From assembly GCA_030599585.1 (NCBI GenBank), contig JAUVNS010000008.1:32001-96000 (forward strand): DNA of 64,000 bases, given 5' to 3'. The translations under genes and the position numbers were made by a program. Below, in pieces: positions 19,025 to 28,679 of this stretch. How positions within the stretch are numbered: position 1 is the stretch's first letter; each line of letters begins with the position of its first letter. A model generated the notes under the pieces. The model searched no databases. It was not told the DNA's origin and worked only from the letters and a program-made list of their open reading frames with translations. The DNA is from Promethearchaeota archaeon. Its GTDB lineage: Archaea; Asgardarchaeota; Lokiarchaeia; Sigyniarchaeales; SOKP01.

Positions 19025-19537
19025 TTGCTTAAAATGTCAACTAACTTAAAGGAGTACGTTTTCAAGTTAAAACCAACTGAAATTACATATTTGGATAAAG
19101 ATCCATTAAAATTAAACAAAGATTTTATTTTCTTTCACAATAAAATAAAATTTAGGAAGGAAATTACTCAATTACAAAATCTATTCAATAATTATACAAA
19201 AATTGCGCTTCAAGCTTCTGGAATACGCGATTCATATTTAAAGGAAGAGTTTTCAGAAGCCTTCTATATCATTGTTTTTACTACGCACGATGTGGTAAGA
19301 AAAACAAATGAAATTATTGGACCTCATAGTCATATCGAATTAAATAAAGGATGTTATTATCTAGAATCGACACCTGAGTATATTCTTTTGCTTGCAAAAG
19401 ATCTTGCTGGGATTAAATCTGGAGTAATTACATTGGAAGACATTTTTCATCAAACTTTTGAAGATTATTTCGCTCAGAAAAATAATGATGATTATGTAAA
19501 AATTAGATCGTTTAAGCTTTTCAATTGTATTGAATAA
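19025..19537 (+). CDS. Hypothetical protein with GH20 domain-2-like (non-catalytic) segment
   Basis: GCYYLESTPEYILLLAKDLAGIKSGVITLEDI resembles the EGYxL...IxIxA...GxxxGxxTLxQ motif of hexosaminidase domain 2. Confidence 0.5.
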   Translation: MLKMSTNLKEYVFKLKPTEITYLDKDPLKLNKDFIFFHNKIKFRKEITQLQNLFNNYTKIALQASGIRDSYLKEEFSEAFYIIVFTTHDVVRKTNEIIGPHSHIELNKGCYYLESTPEYILLLAKDLAGIKSGVITLEDIFHQTFEDYFAQKNNDDYVKIRSFKLFNCIE

Positions 19538-19577
19538 TTTGCTTACTAAATCTAAGAAATTTAATATAAAGAAGTAA

Positions 19578-21299
19578 TTATTTTACAAATTGCCACGGTT
19601 TTTGTTTTCTGAGGTTATACGCTTTTTTAGCGTATTCTTTCATCATCCGATTAGTGTTGAAAAAAGCTGTTAAAGCTATAGCATTCTTACTTCTAAACAA
19701 CCAATCTTCGTGGTTTAAATAAGTTGGAATAATTTCGTTTTCGAGAATCTCATATATTGCCTTCGAATCAATATCCCAATCATTAGAAACTCCCGGATCA
19801 TTTGGTTTTGAGTCGTCAGGACCAATTGCCCAACCCGCCATAGGATTCTTATGGTATCCTTCTAACCACCAACCATCTTGAACGCTAAAGTTTAAAACAC
19901 CATTTAATGCTGCCTTCATACCACTGGTGCCACTTGCTTCGCGATATCTCTCAGGAGTATTTAGCCAGATGTCACATCCAGATACTAACATATGAGATAG
20001 ATCCATATTATAATTTTCCATCATCACAACCTTTACTCCGTAATTATCATAAAGGTATTCACCAGATTTATAGATTTCCTTAATATAATCCTTTCCCATT
20101 GTGTCCTGGGGGTGTGCTTTTCCAGCAAATATGAATTGAATTTTGTCTTTGCAAATACTCCCAAGTCTATCAATATCCTCAAATATTAAAGTAGCTCTTT
20201 TATAGGTAGCGAATCGTCGAGCAAATCCTATAGTAATGCGTTCCTCGTCTAAAAGATTCCAACTATGTCCCTTCTGATAACTTATTAGATTAAATTTATT
20301 TTCGATATGTGCGTCAAATATGTCCAAGTCATCAAGTTCAATTGCATTTTGAAGAATCGACGGATTTGCTTTCCAATTAGGCCATTTTTTATCAAAGATT
20401 TGACGAAATGGTCGACTAACCCAATATCCTAAATGAATCCCGTTTGTAATAGAATCGACTTCATACTGAGGAAACATTTTTCTGGAAATATCACCGTGTT
20501 TTTTTGCGACCCCATTCCTATATCGAGAAAGCCCCATCCCTAGATATGTCATGTTAAATTGGCCATTATCTTCAGCAATTTTGCTTATTTCAGAAGGCAT
20601 CCTATGTTCAAATACCTTATTTACCAAATCTTTATCGAATCTATCGTGTCCTGCTGGTACAGGAGTGTGAGTTGTGAATACAACCTTATCCCGAACTTTG
20701 TCAAGATCTCCGTTTAACATGTCATATAGTTCCACTATAGAAAAAGAACCGTGTCCTTCGTTTAGATGGTAGGTTTCTATGTTGTTATATCCTTGAGAAT
20801 TTAGAAGTTTCACGCCCCCAATTCCGAGTATCATTTCCTGTACAATTCTATTCCAGCGAGATGTGGAATCGTATAAGGAACCCGTCATTTTTTTCATCCA
20901 ATCTTCGTTGCCTTCTATATCTGTTGTTAATAAGTAAATCGGTAGTATGTGACCTGATTGACCTATTACTCGGTATAGCCAAGCAGATACTAAAACTTCT
21001 TTATCTTCAATTTTTATCTTTATTGGGTTTTCAATTTTTTCAAACTCGTAAAAAAAGTTCCACTCAATTTCTTTTTCTTTTTGCTCACCATTTTCATTAA
21101 AGAACTGATAAAAATAACCTGAGCTGTAGCATAAGCACAAACCTACCATGGGCAGCTCTAAATCTGCTGCAGCTCGAACAGTATCACCAGATAATACTCC
21201 CAATCCGCCACTATAAGTTGGAATGTTTGAATCTACAGCGATTTCCATAGAAATATATGCAACTTTAGTACTACTTTTTAAATCTTTGTCAACTTCCAT
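19578..21299 (-). CDS. glgP: Alpha-glucan (glycogen/maltodextrin) phosphorylase
   Basis: YSGGLGVL, HLNEGH, FTTHTPVPAGHD, ARRFATYKRA, EASGTSGMKA (PLP lysine). Confidence 0.95.
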   Translation of the reverse strand: MEVDKDLKSSTKVAYISMEIAVDSNIPTYSGGLGVLSGDTVRAAADLELPMVGLCLCYSSGYFYQFFNENGEQKEKEIEWNFFYEFEKIENPIKIKIEDKEVLVSAWLYRVIGQSGHILPIYLLTTDIEGNEDWMKKMTGSLYDSTSRWNRIVQEMILGIGGVKLLNSQGYNNIETYHLNEGHGSFSIVELYDMLNGDLDKVRDKVVFTTHTPVPAGHDRFDKDLVNKVFEHRMPSEISKIAEDNGQFNMTYLGMGLSRYRNGVAKKHGDISRKMFPQYEVDSITNGIHLGYWVSRPFRQIFDKKWPNWKANPSILQNAIELDDLDIFDAHIENKFNLISYQKGHSWNLLDEERITIGFARRFATYKRATLIFEDIDRLGSICKDKIQFIFAGKAHPQDTMGKDYIKEIYKSGEYLYDNYGVKVVMMENYNMDLSHMLVSGCDIWLNTPERYREASGTSGMKAALNGVLNFSVQDGWWLEGYHKNPMAGWAIGPDDSKPNDPGVSNDWDIDSKAIYEILENEIIPTYLNHEDWLFRSKNAIALTAFFNTNRMMKEYAKKAYNLRKQKPWQFVK

Positions 21300-21495
21300 A
21301 ATTCATCATTTCTCTTATGGTTTTTAATTTAGAATTGCGATTTCTCCTATTTAATACTATCTATATTATTTTTAACACTCTTGTTTTAAAATCTTATGTT
21401 AAAAAGAATAGTATGTAAGTTTTAATCTAGTAAGTATTATTTTAGGCTTAAAGTTAGGGATTGTCAGTAAAATAAAAAGAGTATTTAAATCATAG

Positions 21496-21867
21496 CTAAT
21501 CTTCATCAAGTTTTACCGTTGGACTTTCAAGTTTAATTTTCTTTGAAATTCCGTGAGGATCCAATCCTTTAAGATCTAAAGCATCTAATTTTTTCATAAA
21601 ATCTTTATTTTCAAAAGTAGGAATTTTAGTTATAAGGTTTGGCACAGGTAATGGATTTATGATATTTGGCCTTAATATTGTATTATTTTTTGTGAGGTAT
21701 TCTTCACTTTGTTTTTTTTTTTCAATATAATTTTTAAAGAATGGATTTCCGGGCCTTAAATTTTCGATTTTGACAGAATTTTTAGCTATTGGAGTGTTAG
21801 GGATAGTAGATTTCGATATTCGGCAAATAGGGCAGTTATTATTATCCAAACCGTGTATACATGACAT
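21496..21867 (-). CDS. Hypothetical protein with N-terminal CxHG-x5-CxxC zinc-binding motif
   Basis: MSCIHGLDNNNCPIC. Confidence 0.6.
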   Translation of the reverse strand: MSCIHGLDNNNCPICRISKSTIPNTPIAKNSVKIENLRPGNPFFKNYIEKKKQSEEYLTKNNTILRPNIINPLPVPNLITKIPTFENKDFMKKLDALDLKGLDPHGISKKIKLESPTVKLDED

Positions 21868-21963
21868 TTTATATCACTATTTTTAATTTGACTACTGAAT
21901 TGTTTAAATTAATTTTATCTTATATTTTTTTTTATAATATATAATAAAACATGAATTAATTTT

Positions 21964-23055
21964 ATGGGGATAGTTATGACTAATAATTTTCTTAAAGAAA
22001 TTAAATCTCAACCTCAAGCGTTAGAAGATACCTTAAAATATATCATAGGCGATGGTAGACCTCAATTTTTAAAGATTAGAGATTTTATAAAAAAAGGAGG
22101 GATAACTAAATTAATTTTTACAGGTATGGGTTCAAATTACATCAGTTCATACCTGCCATATTATATATTGAACCAATACGGAATTGCTGTTGAAATGCGA
22201 GAGGCAGGAGAATTCTTGTTTAATACTTTTCCACGAGTTAAGCAAACCTGCTTTAAGGATACAGGAATCATAATAATCTCTCCGTCTGGTGATTCTGAAG
22301 TAATCCGGGAGCTCCTAAGAGATATTAATACTATATCTATAGAGAATAAACCATTAACGATTGGTATCACTAATAATCCGGAAAGTTATCTTGCTTACAT
22401 GACCGAATTGCAAATTTTAATGAATTTTGACGAAGAAGTTTCGGTCACTTCAAAGAGTTATGTGTGTACTCTGCTAATGCTTTACATAATGGCCAAAACT
22501 ATTATAGGAGAATTTTTTACCTCTGAAGAAGAAAAACAAGGCGTAGAAGAGGTTTTAAGGGAAATTAGAGGTTTATTGCAGAACCAAAAACAAATTAACA
22601 AACTTTGGAAAGACTTTGTACCTGTTTTTGGAGAAAAGATTGATTTTTTAGAATTTCTCTCGAGAGGTTCTTCACTTACGACTGCTCATCAAGCGGCTTT
22701 AAATTTTAAGGAAATTGTTAAATCTTATTCGGAAGCAAATTCTATATCAACTTTTGAACATGGGAGTATAGAATGCTTAAACGAAAATACGAATTTAGTA
22801 ATTCTCTCGTCTGATAAAGACAATTTTGATTTGAATGTTCAATTTATTGAAAATCTAGTAAAAAAATGGGCATTTGGGAAATTACTACATATTACCAATC
22901 AAGATTTTGATGAGAGAGTAAAAAAATTACACGATAACTCCAAAATTTTTACATACAAGCATGGAATTAAAGATCCACACCTCGCACCTATTATGGAAAT
23001 AATTGTTCTCCAACTAATTTTTTACAAGATTGCAGAAAAAAAGGGAATTGATTAG
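21964..23055 (+). CDS. Double SIS-domain protein (GlmS/AgaS/FrlB-like)
   Basis: EIKSQP, GMGSN, ISPSGDS, GITNNPES, TSKSY, ALNFKE, FEHG. Confidence 0.85.
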   Translation: MGIVMTNNFLKEIKSQPQALEDTLKYIIGDGRPQFLKIRDFIKKGGITKLIFTGMGSNYISSYLPYYILNQYGIAVEMREAGEFLFNTFPRVKQTCFKDTGIIIISPSGDSEVIRELLRDINTISIENKPLTIGITNNPESYLAYMTELQILMNFDEEVSVTSKSYVCTLLMLYIMAKTIIGEFFTSEEEKQGVEEVLREIRGLLQNQKQINKLWKDFVPVFGEKIDFLEFLSRGSSLTTAHQAALNFKEIVKSYSEANSISTFEHGSIECLNENTNLVILSSDKDNFDLNVQFIENLVKKWAFGKLLHITNQDFDERVKKLHDNSKIFTYKHGIKDPHLAPIMEIIVLQLIFYKIAEKKGID

Positions 23056-23121
23056 AAAAATTAAGATATTATCATAAATTATGAGTAAATATCAATTAAT
23101 TCTTCTCAGTCATTAGGAAAT

Positions 23122-24381
23122 ATGCAATCAACCGCTTCATCACAATCATTTAAAAATTATCTTTTCTTTTGGTCAGGTCAGCTTTTTTCGTTGCTAGGTT
23201 CTACTATTGTTCAATTTGTAATAATTTGGTGGATTACCGTTGAAACTCAGGATCTTACAATTATCTCAGTGGCAGCCTTCTTCTCATTTCTCCCACAATT
23301 CGTTTTTGGGCCATTAGCAGGTGTGTTTGCAGATCGCTGGAATAGAAAAATCATGATAGGGCTCTCTGATTTCTTTCAAGCTATCACGACTTTTAGCTTA
23401 GTATTATTGTTTTTTTTTGATATTCAAGAAGTCTGGATGATTATTTTAATAAACAGTTTCAGAGGATTATTTCAAGGATTTCATTGGCCTGCAGTAAACG
23501 CTATAATTCCTTTAATGATACCAAAGGAACATTTAAGCAGGATGAACGCTATTAATTATATTTTCACAGGTTTAGTTAATACTATGGGACCTGTTATTGC
23601 AGGTACTTTCCTATTAATCTTACCAATAGATCAAATTTTATGGGTTGACATTTTGACTTTTCTTTTTGCTATTGTACCTCTTTTATTAATAAAAATACCT
23701 CCACTCCCTAAAAAAGAAAATATCAAAAAAGAAAAGTCTTATATCGGAGAATTTAAGAACGGATTGAAAGCAATCAAAATTGTTCCAGGTTTGCTTACTC
23801 TCCTTTTTGTAGCAACAATTTTGAATTTTCTCGGAAACCCTTATGGTACTTTAATGGTATATTATGTAGAAGTGACACATTTTGGGACTGTTGAGAACAC
23901 AGCTATCGTCCTTGCTTCAATCCAAGCAGGAATGTTCGTTGGGGCTATCATCGTCGTTATCAAAAAAGTCTGGAAGAGAAAGATATTAATCATATTTCTG
24001 GGCATTTTTGTAGGGGAAATCGGTCATTTGATATTATCCTTCGCTCCGCCACAAAATTTCCTCGTTATAAGTATTGGTGGTTTTATCTTTGCGTTTATTG
24101 TTCCTTTTGTTAACACCATGTTTTTAACGATTCTGCAGACAGTAATCCCTCCAGATAAGCAAGGTCGGGTCATGTCAAATGTGATTACTATAGTTACGTT
24201 AGTATCACCGTTAGCGATGATAATTTCAGGGCCGCTAGCAGAGGTAATAGGCATCACGACTCTTTTTATGTTAAGTTCGTCTTTAAATATCCTATTTATC
24301 GCAATTGTTTGGTTGTTTTCTAATATCAAAAACACAGATTACGATAGAGTATATGAATTAGATGAGAATAATAATAATTAA
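23122..24381 (+). CDS. MFS transporter (DHA3/MefA-like)
   Basis: WSGQLFSLLGS, GVFADRWNRK motif A, about 12 TM helices, QGRV. Confidence 0.9.
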   Translation: MQSTASSQSFKNYLFFWSGQLFSLLGSTIVQFVIIWWITVETQDLTIISVAAFFSFLPQFVFGPLAGVFADRWNRKIMIGLSDFFQAITTFSLVLLFFFDIQEVWMIILINSFRGLFQGFHWPAVNAIIPLMIPKEHLSRMNAINYIFTGLVNTMGPVIAGTFLLILPIDQILWVDILTFLFAIVPLLLIKIPPLPKKENIKKEKSYIGEFKNGLKAIKIVPGLLTLLFVATILNFLGNPYGTLMVYYVEVTHFGTVENTAIVLASIQAGMFVGAIIVVIKKVWKRKILIIFLGIFVGEIGHLILSFAPPQNFLVISIGGFIFAFIVPFVNTMFLTILQTVIPPDKQGRVMSNVITIVTLVSPLAMIISGPLAEVIGITTLFMLSSSLNILFIAIVWLFSNIKNTDYDRVYELDENNNN

Positions 24382-24448
24382 AATAGTTTTTAAAAAAAGT
24401 CTTTTTAATTATTTTATACATTCCAATATTAACTTTTTTTGAAAAAAG

Positions 24449-25585
24449 ATGACAAAAGCAATTATACTATCGGGAGGATATGGAACCCGCTTACGGCCAT
24501 TATCATGCACAGTACCAAAATCTTTAATGCCAATAGTCAACAAGCCTGTTATGGAGCGACAGATTCTCCTTTTAAAATCAGCAGGGGTTAAAGAAATCGT
24601 TCTGGCTGTGAGCGTGATGGATGAAATTGTTAAAAATTATTTTAAAGATGGTTCCCAACTAGGAGTTAGAATACATTATACAGAAGAAAAACATCCTTTA
24701 GGAACCGCGGGGGCAGTTAAAATAGCTGAGCCCTATTTGGAAAAGGAAAATTTCTTCATGATAAACGGGGATGTGATCTTAAACTGCGATTTAAATAGAA
24801 TGCTGAATTTTCATATAGCTAAAAAAGGTATTGGAACTATTGCTGGAAAGGTTGTTGACGATCCTTCACGATATGGTGTATTAATAGAAAATGAGAATAC
24901 TCACCAGATATTGGAATTCCTAGAAAAAGACGAATATTCTCCTCCTAACGGCAAGATTATCCCCATGCCAATCAATGCAGGAGTCTATCTATTAGAACCC
25001 GAAATTTTTACTTATATTGAACCACATAAAAAAGTATCAATAGAGAGACAAGTATTTCCCGATGTAGTAAAAAAAGAACAACTATACTATCACCAAATAA
25101 GTGGTGTATGGAAAGATATTGGAAAACCATACGATTTACTCGAAGGTAATATGATTTTAATGGTGGATTTAATGAAAAATTTAGAAACTAATGTTAAAAA
25201 TTTAATAGATCAATCTGCTGACATCCACCCTAGCTCAAAAATTTATTCACCGTGTACCGTAGGTGAAAATGTGGTAATTCGAGGTAATAGTACAATCGGT
25301 CCGAATGTAATAATAGGAGATAATGTATTTATTGATAGCAATGTCGAACTCAGAGATAGCGTAATCTATAACGATTCATATGTATCAAAGAATGTTAAGA
25401 TCGAAAAGGCAATTATCGCCGATAATTGTCACATTCAAGAAAATGTAACGCTAAAGGGAAATAATGAGAACCTCGTAATTTTAGCGTCATATGTTGAAGT
25501 GTTAAAAAATCTCGAAATTTTAGCACCTAAAACAATTTCGTTAACAGTGTGTCACCACGAGGTTTTGAAGGAAAGTATGAAATAA
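24449..25585 (+). CDS. NDP-sugar pyrophosphorylase (mannose-1-phosphate guanylyltransferase-like)
   Basis: GGYGTRLRPL..PK, PLGTAGA, NGD, INAGVY, WKDIG, hexapeptide tail. Confidence 0.9.
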   Translation: MTKAIILSGGYGTRLRPLSCTVPKSLMPIVNKPVMERQILLLKSAGVKEIVLAVSVMDEIVKNYFKDGSQLGVRIHYTEEKHPLGTAGAVKIAEPYLEKENFFMINGDVILNCDLNRMLNFHIAKKGIGTIAGKVVDDPSRYGVLIENENTHQILEFLEKDEYSPPNGKIIPMPINAGVYLLEPEIFTYIEPHKKVSIERQVFPDVVKKEQLYYHQISGVWKDIGKPYDLLEGNMILMVDLMKNLETNVKNLIDQSADIHPSSKIYSPCTVGENVVIRGNSTIGPNVIIGDNVFIDSNVELRDSVIYNDSYVSKNVKIEKAIIADNCHIQENVTLKGNNENLVILASYVEVLKNLEILAPKTISLTVCHHEVLKESMK

Positions 25586-25588
25586 GTT

Positions 25589-26392
25589 ATGAAAGACCAT
25601 CCAACACCAGAGAGTATTTACTCTAAATATGTTGATAAAAAGATAGGAACGAAACAGGCTCTAAAATTATTTGAATCCATTATTAACAAGAGCGACAATG
25701 AAGAAATCAGAGTAAATGTGTTAGAGTACATCGGTAAATTAACAGTTGATGACGAATTAGCCTTCAGCATTATTGAAAATTGCCTAATTTCTGATGAATC
25801 GCCTATTGTTAAATTCGGTGCTGCGAAAACTTTGATCCATTACTTTACTGGACGTGAAATAAAACCGTTAATATGGGCAATAGATAACGAAAATTCAATA
25901 TACTTTCTTAAAAATTTGATCAACTTATTGGAAACTCAAGAATATCCTCAATTTGAACAAATTCGGAAAAGAATTTATAAAAAAATAACAACTAAATATA
26001 ATTTAAATTCATTCGACTCGAAATTTATCCTAGATATTGAGTATCTTGATTTCATGAAATTTCAAGCCGATTTTAATAATTTTCTCGAGAAATTTGAATT
26101 ATCTGATGCAGATAAACTTACTTTGCTTAAAGAAAACACTGAAATTGGAAATAAAGGCTTGGGGAGAGTTAAGAAAGCTGAGGGAGGTTTTATAATAAGT
26201 TTGGTTCTTACGGATCTTAATGAAATTCCTTCCTCAATATGTAACTTAAGAAATTTGCAGGAATTAGAAATCTCCAATTGTAAAATAGAAAAATATCCTG
26301 AAAAATGTCCAAAACTCTTGTCACTAAAACGGATTATATTCAAAAATAACACAATAGATAAAGTTCCTAGTTGGATTCGAAAAAATAATTAA
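25589..26392 (+). CDS. HEAT-repeat plus leucine-rich-repeat protein
   Basis: DNEEIR/DESPIVKFGAA HEAT-like units; C-terminal LRRs (EIPSSICNLRNLQELEISNC, LKRIIFKNNTI). Confidence 0.7.
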   Translation: MKDHPTPESIYSKYVDKKIGTKQALKLFESIINKSDNEEIRVNVLEYIGKLTVDDELAFSIIENCLISDESPIVKFGAAKTLIHYFTGREIKPLIWAIDNENSIYFLKNLINLLETQEYPQFEQIRKRIYKKITTKYNLNSFDSKFILDIEYLDFMKFQADFNNFLEKFELSDADKLTLLKENTEIGNKGLGRVKKAEGGFIISLVLTDLNEIPSSICNLRNLQELEISNCKIEKYPEKCPKLLSLKRIIFKNNTIDKVPSWIRKNN

Positions 26393-26413
26393 AATTCTTA
26401 TGGAGCATGTAAA

Positions 26414-26701
26414 ATGGAAGATTTAAAAGAAAAAGGTTTAAAAATATATAACGCAATGTTTCAAGGAGAAAAAGAGGTCGAAATTGACGAGATACGCTAC
26501 CCTATAAAGAAATTTTCAAGCGGTATTAAATATGTTGATTTATTTGGGTATCGCTTTATAGAACAAAATTACCGAAAAAAATCAGAATGGGGGAAAAAAG
26601 CTCGAGAAGGACACAAAATCATGTGGATAATTAAAGGTAGGAGATATCTTTCTCAGATTTTAGACGGAAAATATTCTGATTTAAAGAAAAAATCATCCTG
26701 A
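26414..26701 (+). CDS. Hypothetical protein (95 aa)
   Basis: Clean ORF with GGAG RBS. Its duplicated 3' end differs almost only at synonymous sites, which supports real coding. Confidence 0.8.
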   Translation: MEDLKEKGLKIYNAMFQGEKEVEIDEIRYPIKKFSSGIKYVDLFGYRFIEQNYRKKSEWGKKAREGHKIMWIIKGRRYLSQILDGKYSDLKKKSS

Positions 26702-26808
26702 GCCTAGGATAATCTTAAGTAAAATCGCTCTTCTAGTCAATCCCTGAAATAATTAAAGAAATTATTTATAGTGATTATCTTTAGTAAACCTGATTCGAAA
26801 ATAACTTC
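26603..26808 (+). repeat. Diverged direct repeat, copy 1 (~205 bp)
   Basis: Aligns with 27900-28106 (atgtggataattaaagg...gatatctttctca...tattctgatttaaagaaaaaat...aaatcgctctt...ataacttc). Confidence 0.92.
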
Positions 26809-27022
26809 TTCAATCTAAAATTATAATTAATTCCTAATAATTTTCAGTGTCTTAATTAGGGCTATGATGACCATTAAAGCCCTTGAAAATAATCGAATCA
26901 AAGTTCGATTTTATATATTTCTTACTAACCTTCTAAAATAAGTGAAAGTTTGTTAATGATTATCTCTTATAAAATATAATCTACAAGTGGAAAAAGAAAA
27001 AATCCAACCTGAGTTGTAATAA

Positions 27023-27871
27023 ATGTTTTTTCAGACAGATACACCCCCCATTAATCATTATTTCGCAGTACCAATGTTTATTTTCTGGATAATCTTTTCA
27101 TTATTCGTTATTTTATTAATACGTAAAAAAAAGTTAAGTCGAAATGTGAGAATTGCGATTCTTGTTGTAGCCACGATTTATGCTGGCATAATTTTTGGAG
27201 GTTTTCCTAATCTTATCATGCCTTTTCAACAAGTTTTATCTACTATTGCAGTGAGAGGTGACCTCACCAAACTCTTTCCTGAAGTTTTCGCAGTATTTGT
27301 AGGTTTAATAATTACGACAATTTTCTTTGGTAGAGTTCTCTGTGGTTTTGTATGCCCTTTAGGAACACTACAGGAATTAATCTCACAAATAAATTTCAAA
27401 TCTGATGTAAAAGCTCAAGAAAAAAACAAATTTCATATTGAAACTTCTTCACAAAAAGCAAGTTTGGTACGAAGGTTTTTCCTCCTTATTTTAATACTCT
27501 TAGCGAGTATTTGGAGTATACAAATTCTACAGATATTCAATCCTAATTTAGGATTTTGGTATTTTATTAACTTTTTTACATTCACATCCATTTTCCCTTT
27601 AATCGGGTTGGTTGTAGTATCAATTATTAGTATTTTTATATATCGCCCTTTCTGTAGGTATATATGTCCCGCTGGAGCAGTTACTTCTCTTTGTAGTCGA
27701 GTTACTAGACGTAAATATCGGCGTACAAAAGATTGTGATGATTGTGGATTGTGTGAAAAGATTTGTCCAACTCAAGAAGGATCTACTAACAGTAAAAAGA
27801 ATGAATGTTATTATTGCAATCGATGCATTGACGTATGCCCTAAGGATGCTATAGAATTCTCTAAGTCTTGA
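27023..27871 (+). CDS. Membrane-bound polyferredoxin (NapH/MauN/RdxA-like 4Fe-4S binding protein)
   Basis: FFGRVLCGFVCPLG, RPFCRYICPAG, CDDCGLCEKICP, CYYCNRCIDVCP plus TM helices. Confidence 0.88.
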   Translation: MFFQTDTPPINHYFAVPMFIFWIIFSLFVILLIRKKKLSRNVRIAILVVATIYAGIIFGGFPNLIMPFQQVLSTIAVRGDLTKLFPEVFAVFVGLIITTIFFGRVLCGFVCPLGTLQELISQINFKSDVKAQEKNKFHIETSSQKASLVRRFFLLILILLASIWSIQILQIFNPNLGFWYFINFFTFTSIFPLIGLVVVSIISIFIYRPFCRYICPAGAVTSLCSRVTRRKYRRTKDCDDCGLCEKICPTQEGSTNSKKNECYYCNRCIDVCPKDAIEFSKS

Positions 27872-27899
27872 AAATAGAAGTGCTAAGAAGTGAAAAGTC

Positions 27900-28106
27900 C
27901 GAGAGGGGCATAAAATAATGTGGATAATTAAAGGAAGGAGATATCTTTCTCAAATATTAGACGGGAAATATTCTGATTTAAAGAAAAAATTATCCTAAAC
28001 TTATCTCTATTTTGAAAGGAAATCGCTCTTTTATACAATCTCTGAAATAGTTAAAGTAATTATTTATAGGAATTAACTCAATCAAATCTGATACGGACAT
28101 AACTTC
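27900..28106 (+). repeat. Diverged direct repeat, copy 2; includes an orphan 3' end (27900-27998) of the 95-aa gene
   Basis: Encodes REGHKIMWIIKGRRYLSQILDGKYSDLKKKLS* without a 5' part. Confidence 0.92.
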
Positions 28107-28342
28107 ATCGACTTCACTTAAGAAAAAAAAGAAGAATAGATGAAGAACTAAAGAAATAAATCACCCTAATAATGGGATACCGTTCCCATTTCAGGGACTA
28201 AGTTGATACAGAATCACATCAATTAGTAATACTCCGATATCTGAACCTGTAAATACTGGACTCCAGTTTATTTTTAATTGTAAATTGCTATTTTATAATT
28301 GTAAGAACATAAAAATAAATCAAAATGGAGAATTGAAAAATC

Positions 28343-28537
28343 ATGAATGAATTGGTAGAAAATAATGTTGAATATTATAAATTCTTGAGTGTCATTCACG
28401 AAATATCGAAAAAATCACATATTATTGCGATACAGAAAGATAGTATCAGAAAAGTTTATCAGAATTATGATTCAAAGCTATATCGATTAAAATTAGAGAA
28501 AGAAATAGCAGAACTCGACAAATTACTTGTTAAATAA
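28343..28537 (+). CDS. Small hypothetical protein (64 aa)
   Basis: ORF with GGAG upstream; helical and charged. Confidence 0.45.
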   Translation: MNELVENNVEYYKFLSVIHEISKKSHIIAIQKDSIRKVYQNYDSKLYRLKLEKEIAELDKLLVK

Positions 28538-28679
28538 ATTACCTATTAATTTAAAATCCTTTTTTTATTATAACCCTAATCAAATAAAAAACAATTAGAG
28601 TTACTAATTAGATTAGTTGAGGGTATCTAACAGTTCCAATTTATTCCCGTTTTAATCATAGATAATAATTGAATTATTT

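Noticed and set aside
26737-26739. Minus-strand in-frame TGA aligned with a Cys codon (TGT) in the repeat copy, suggesting selenocysteine
   Set aside because: The same frame has a TAG and another TGA just upstream and no start codon. Ordinary pseudogene decay explains it, and no SECIS was recognised.
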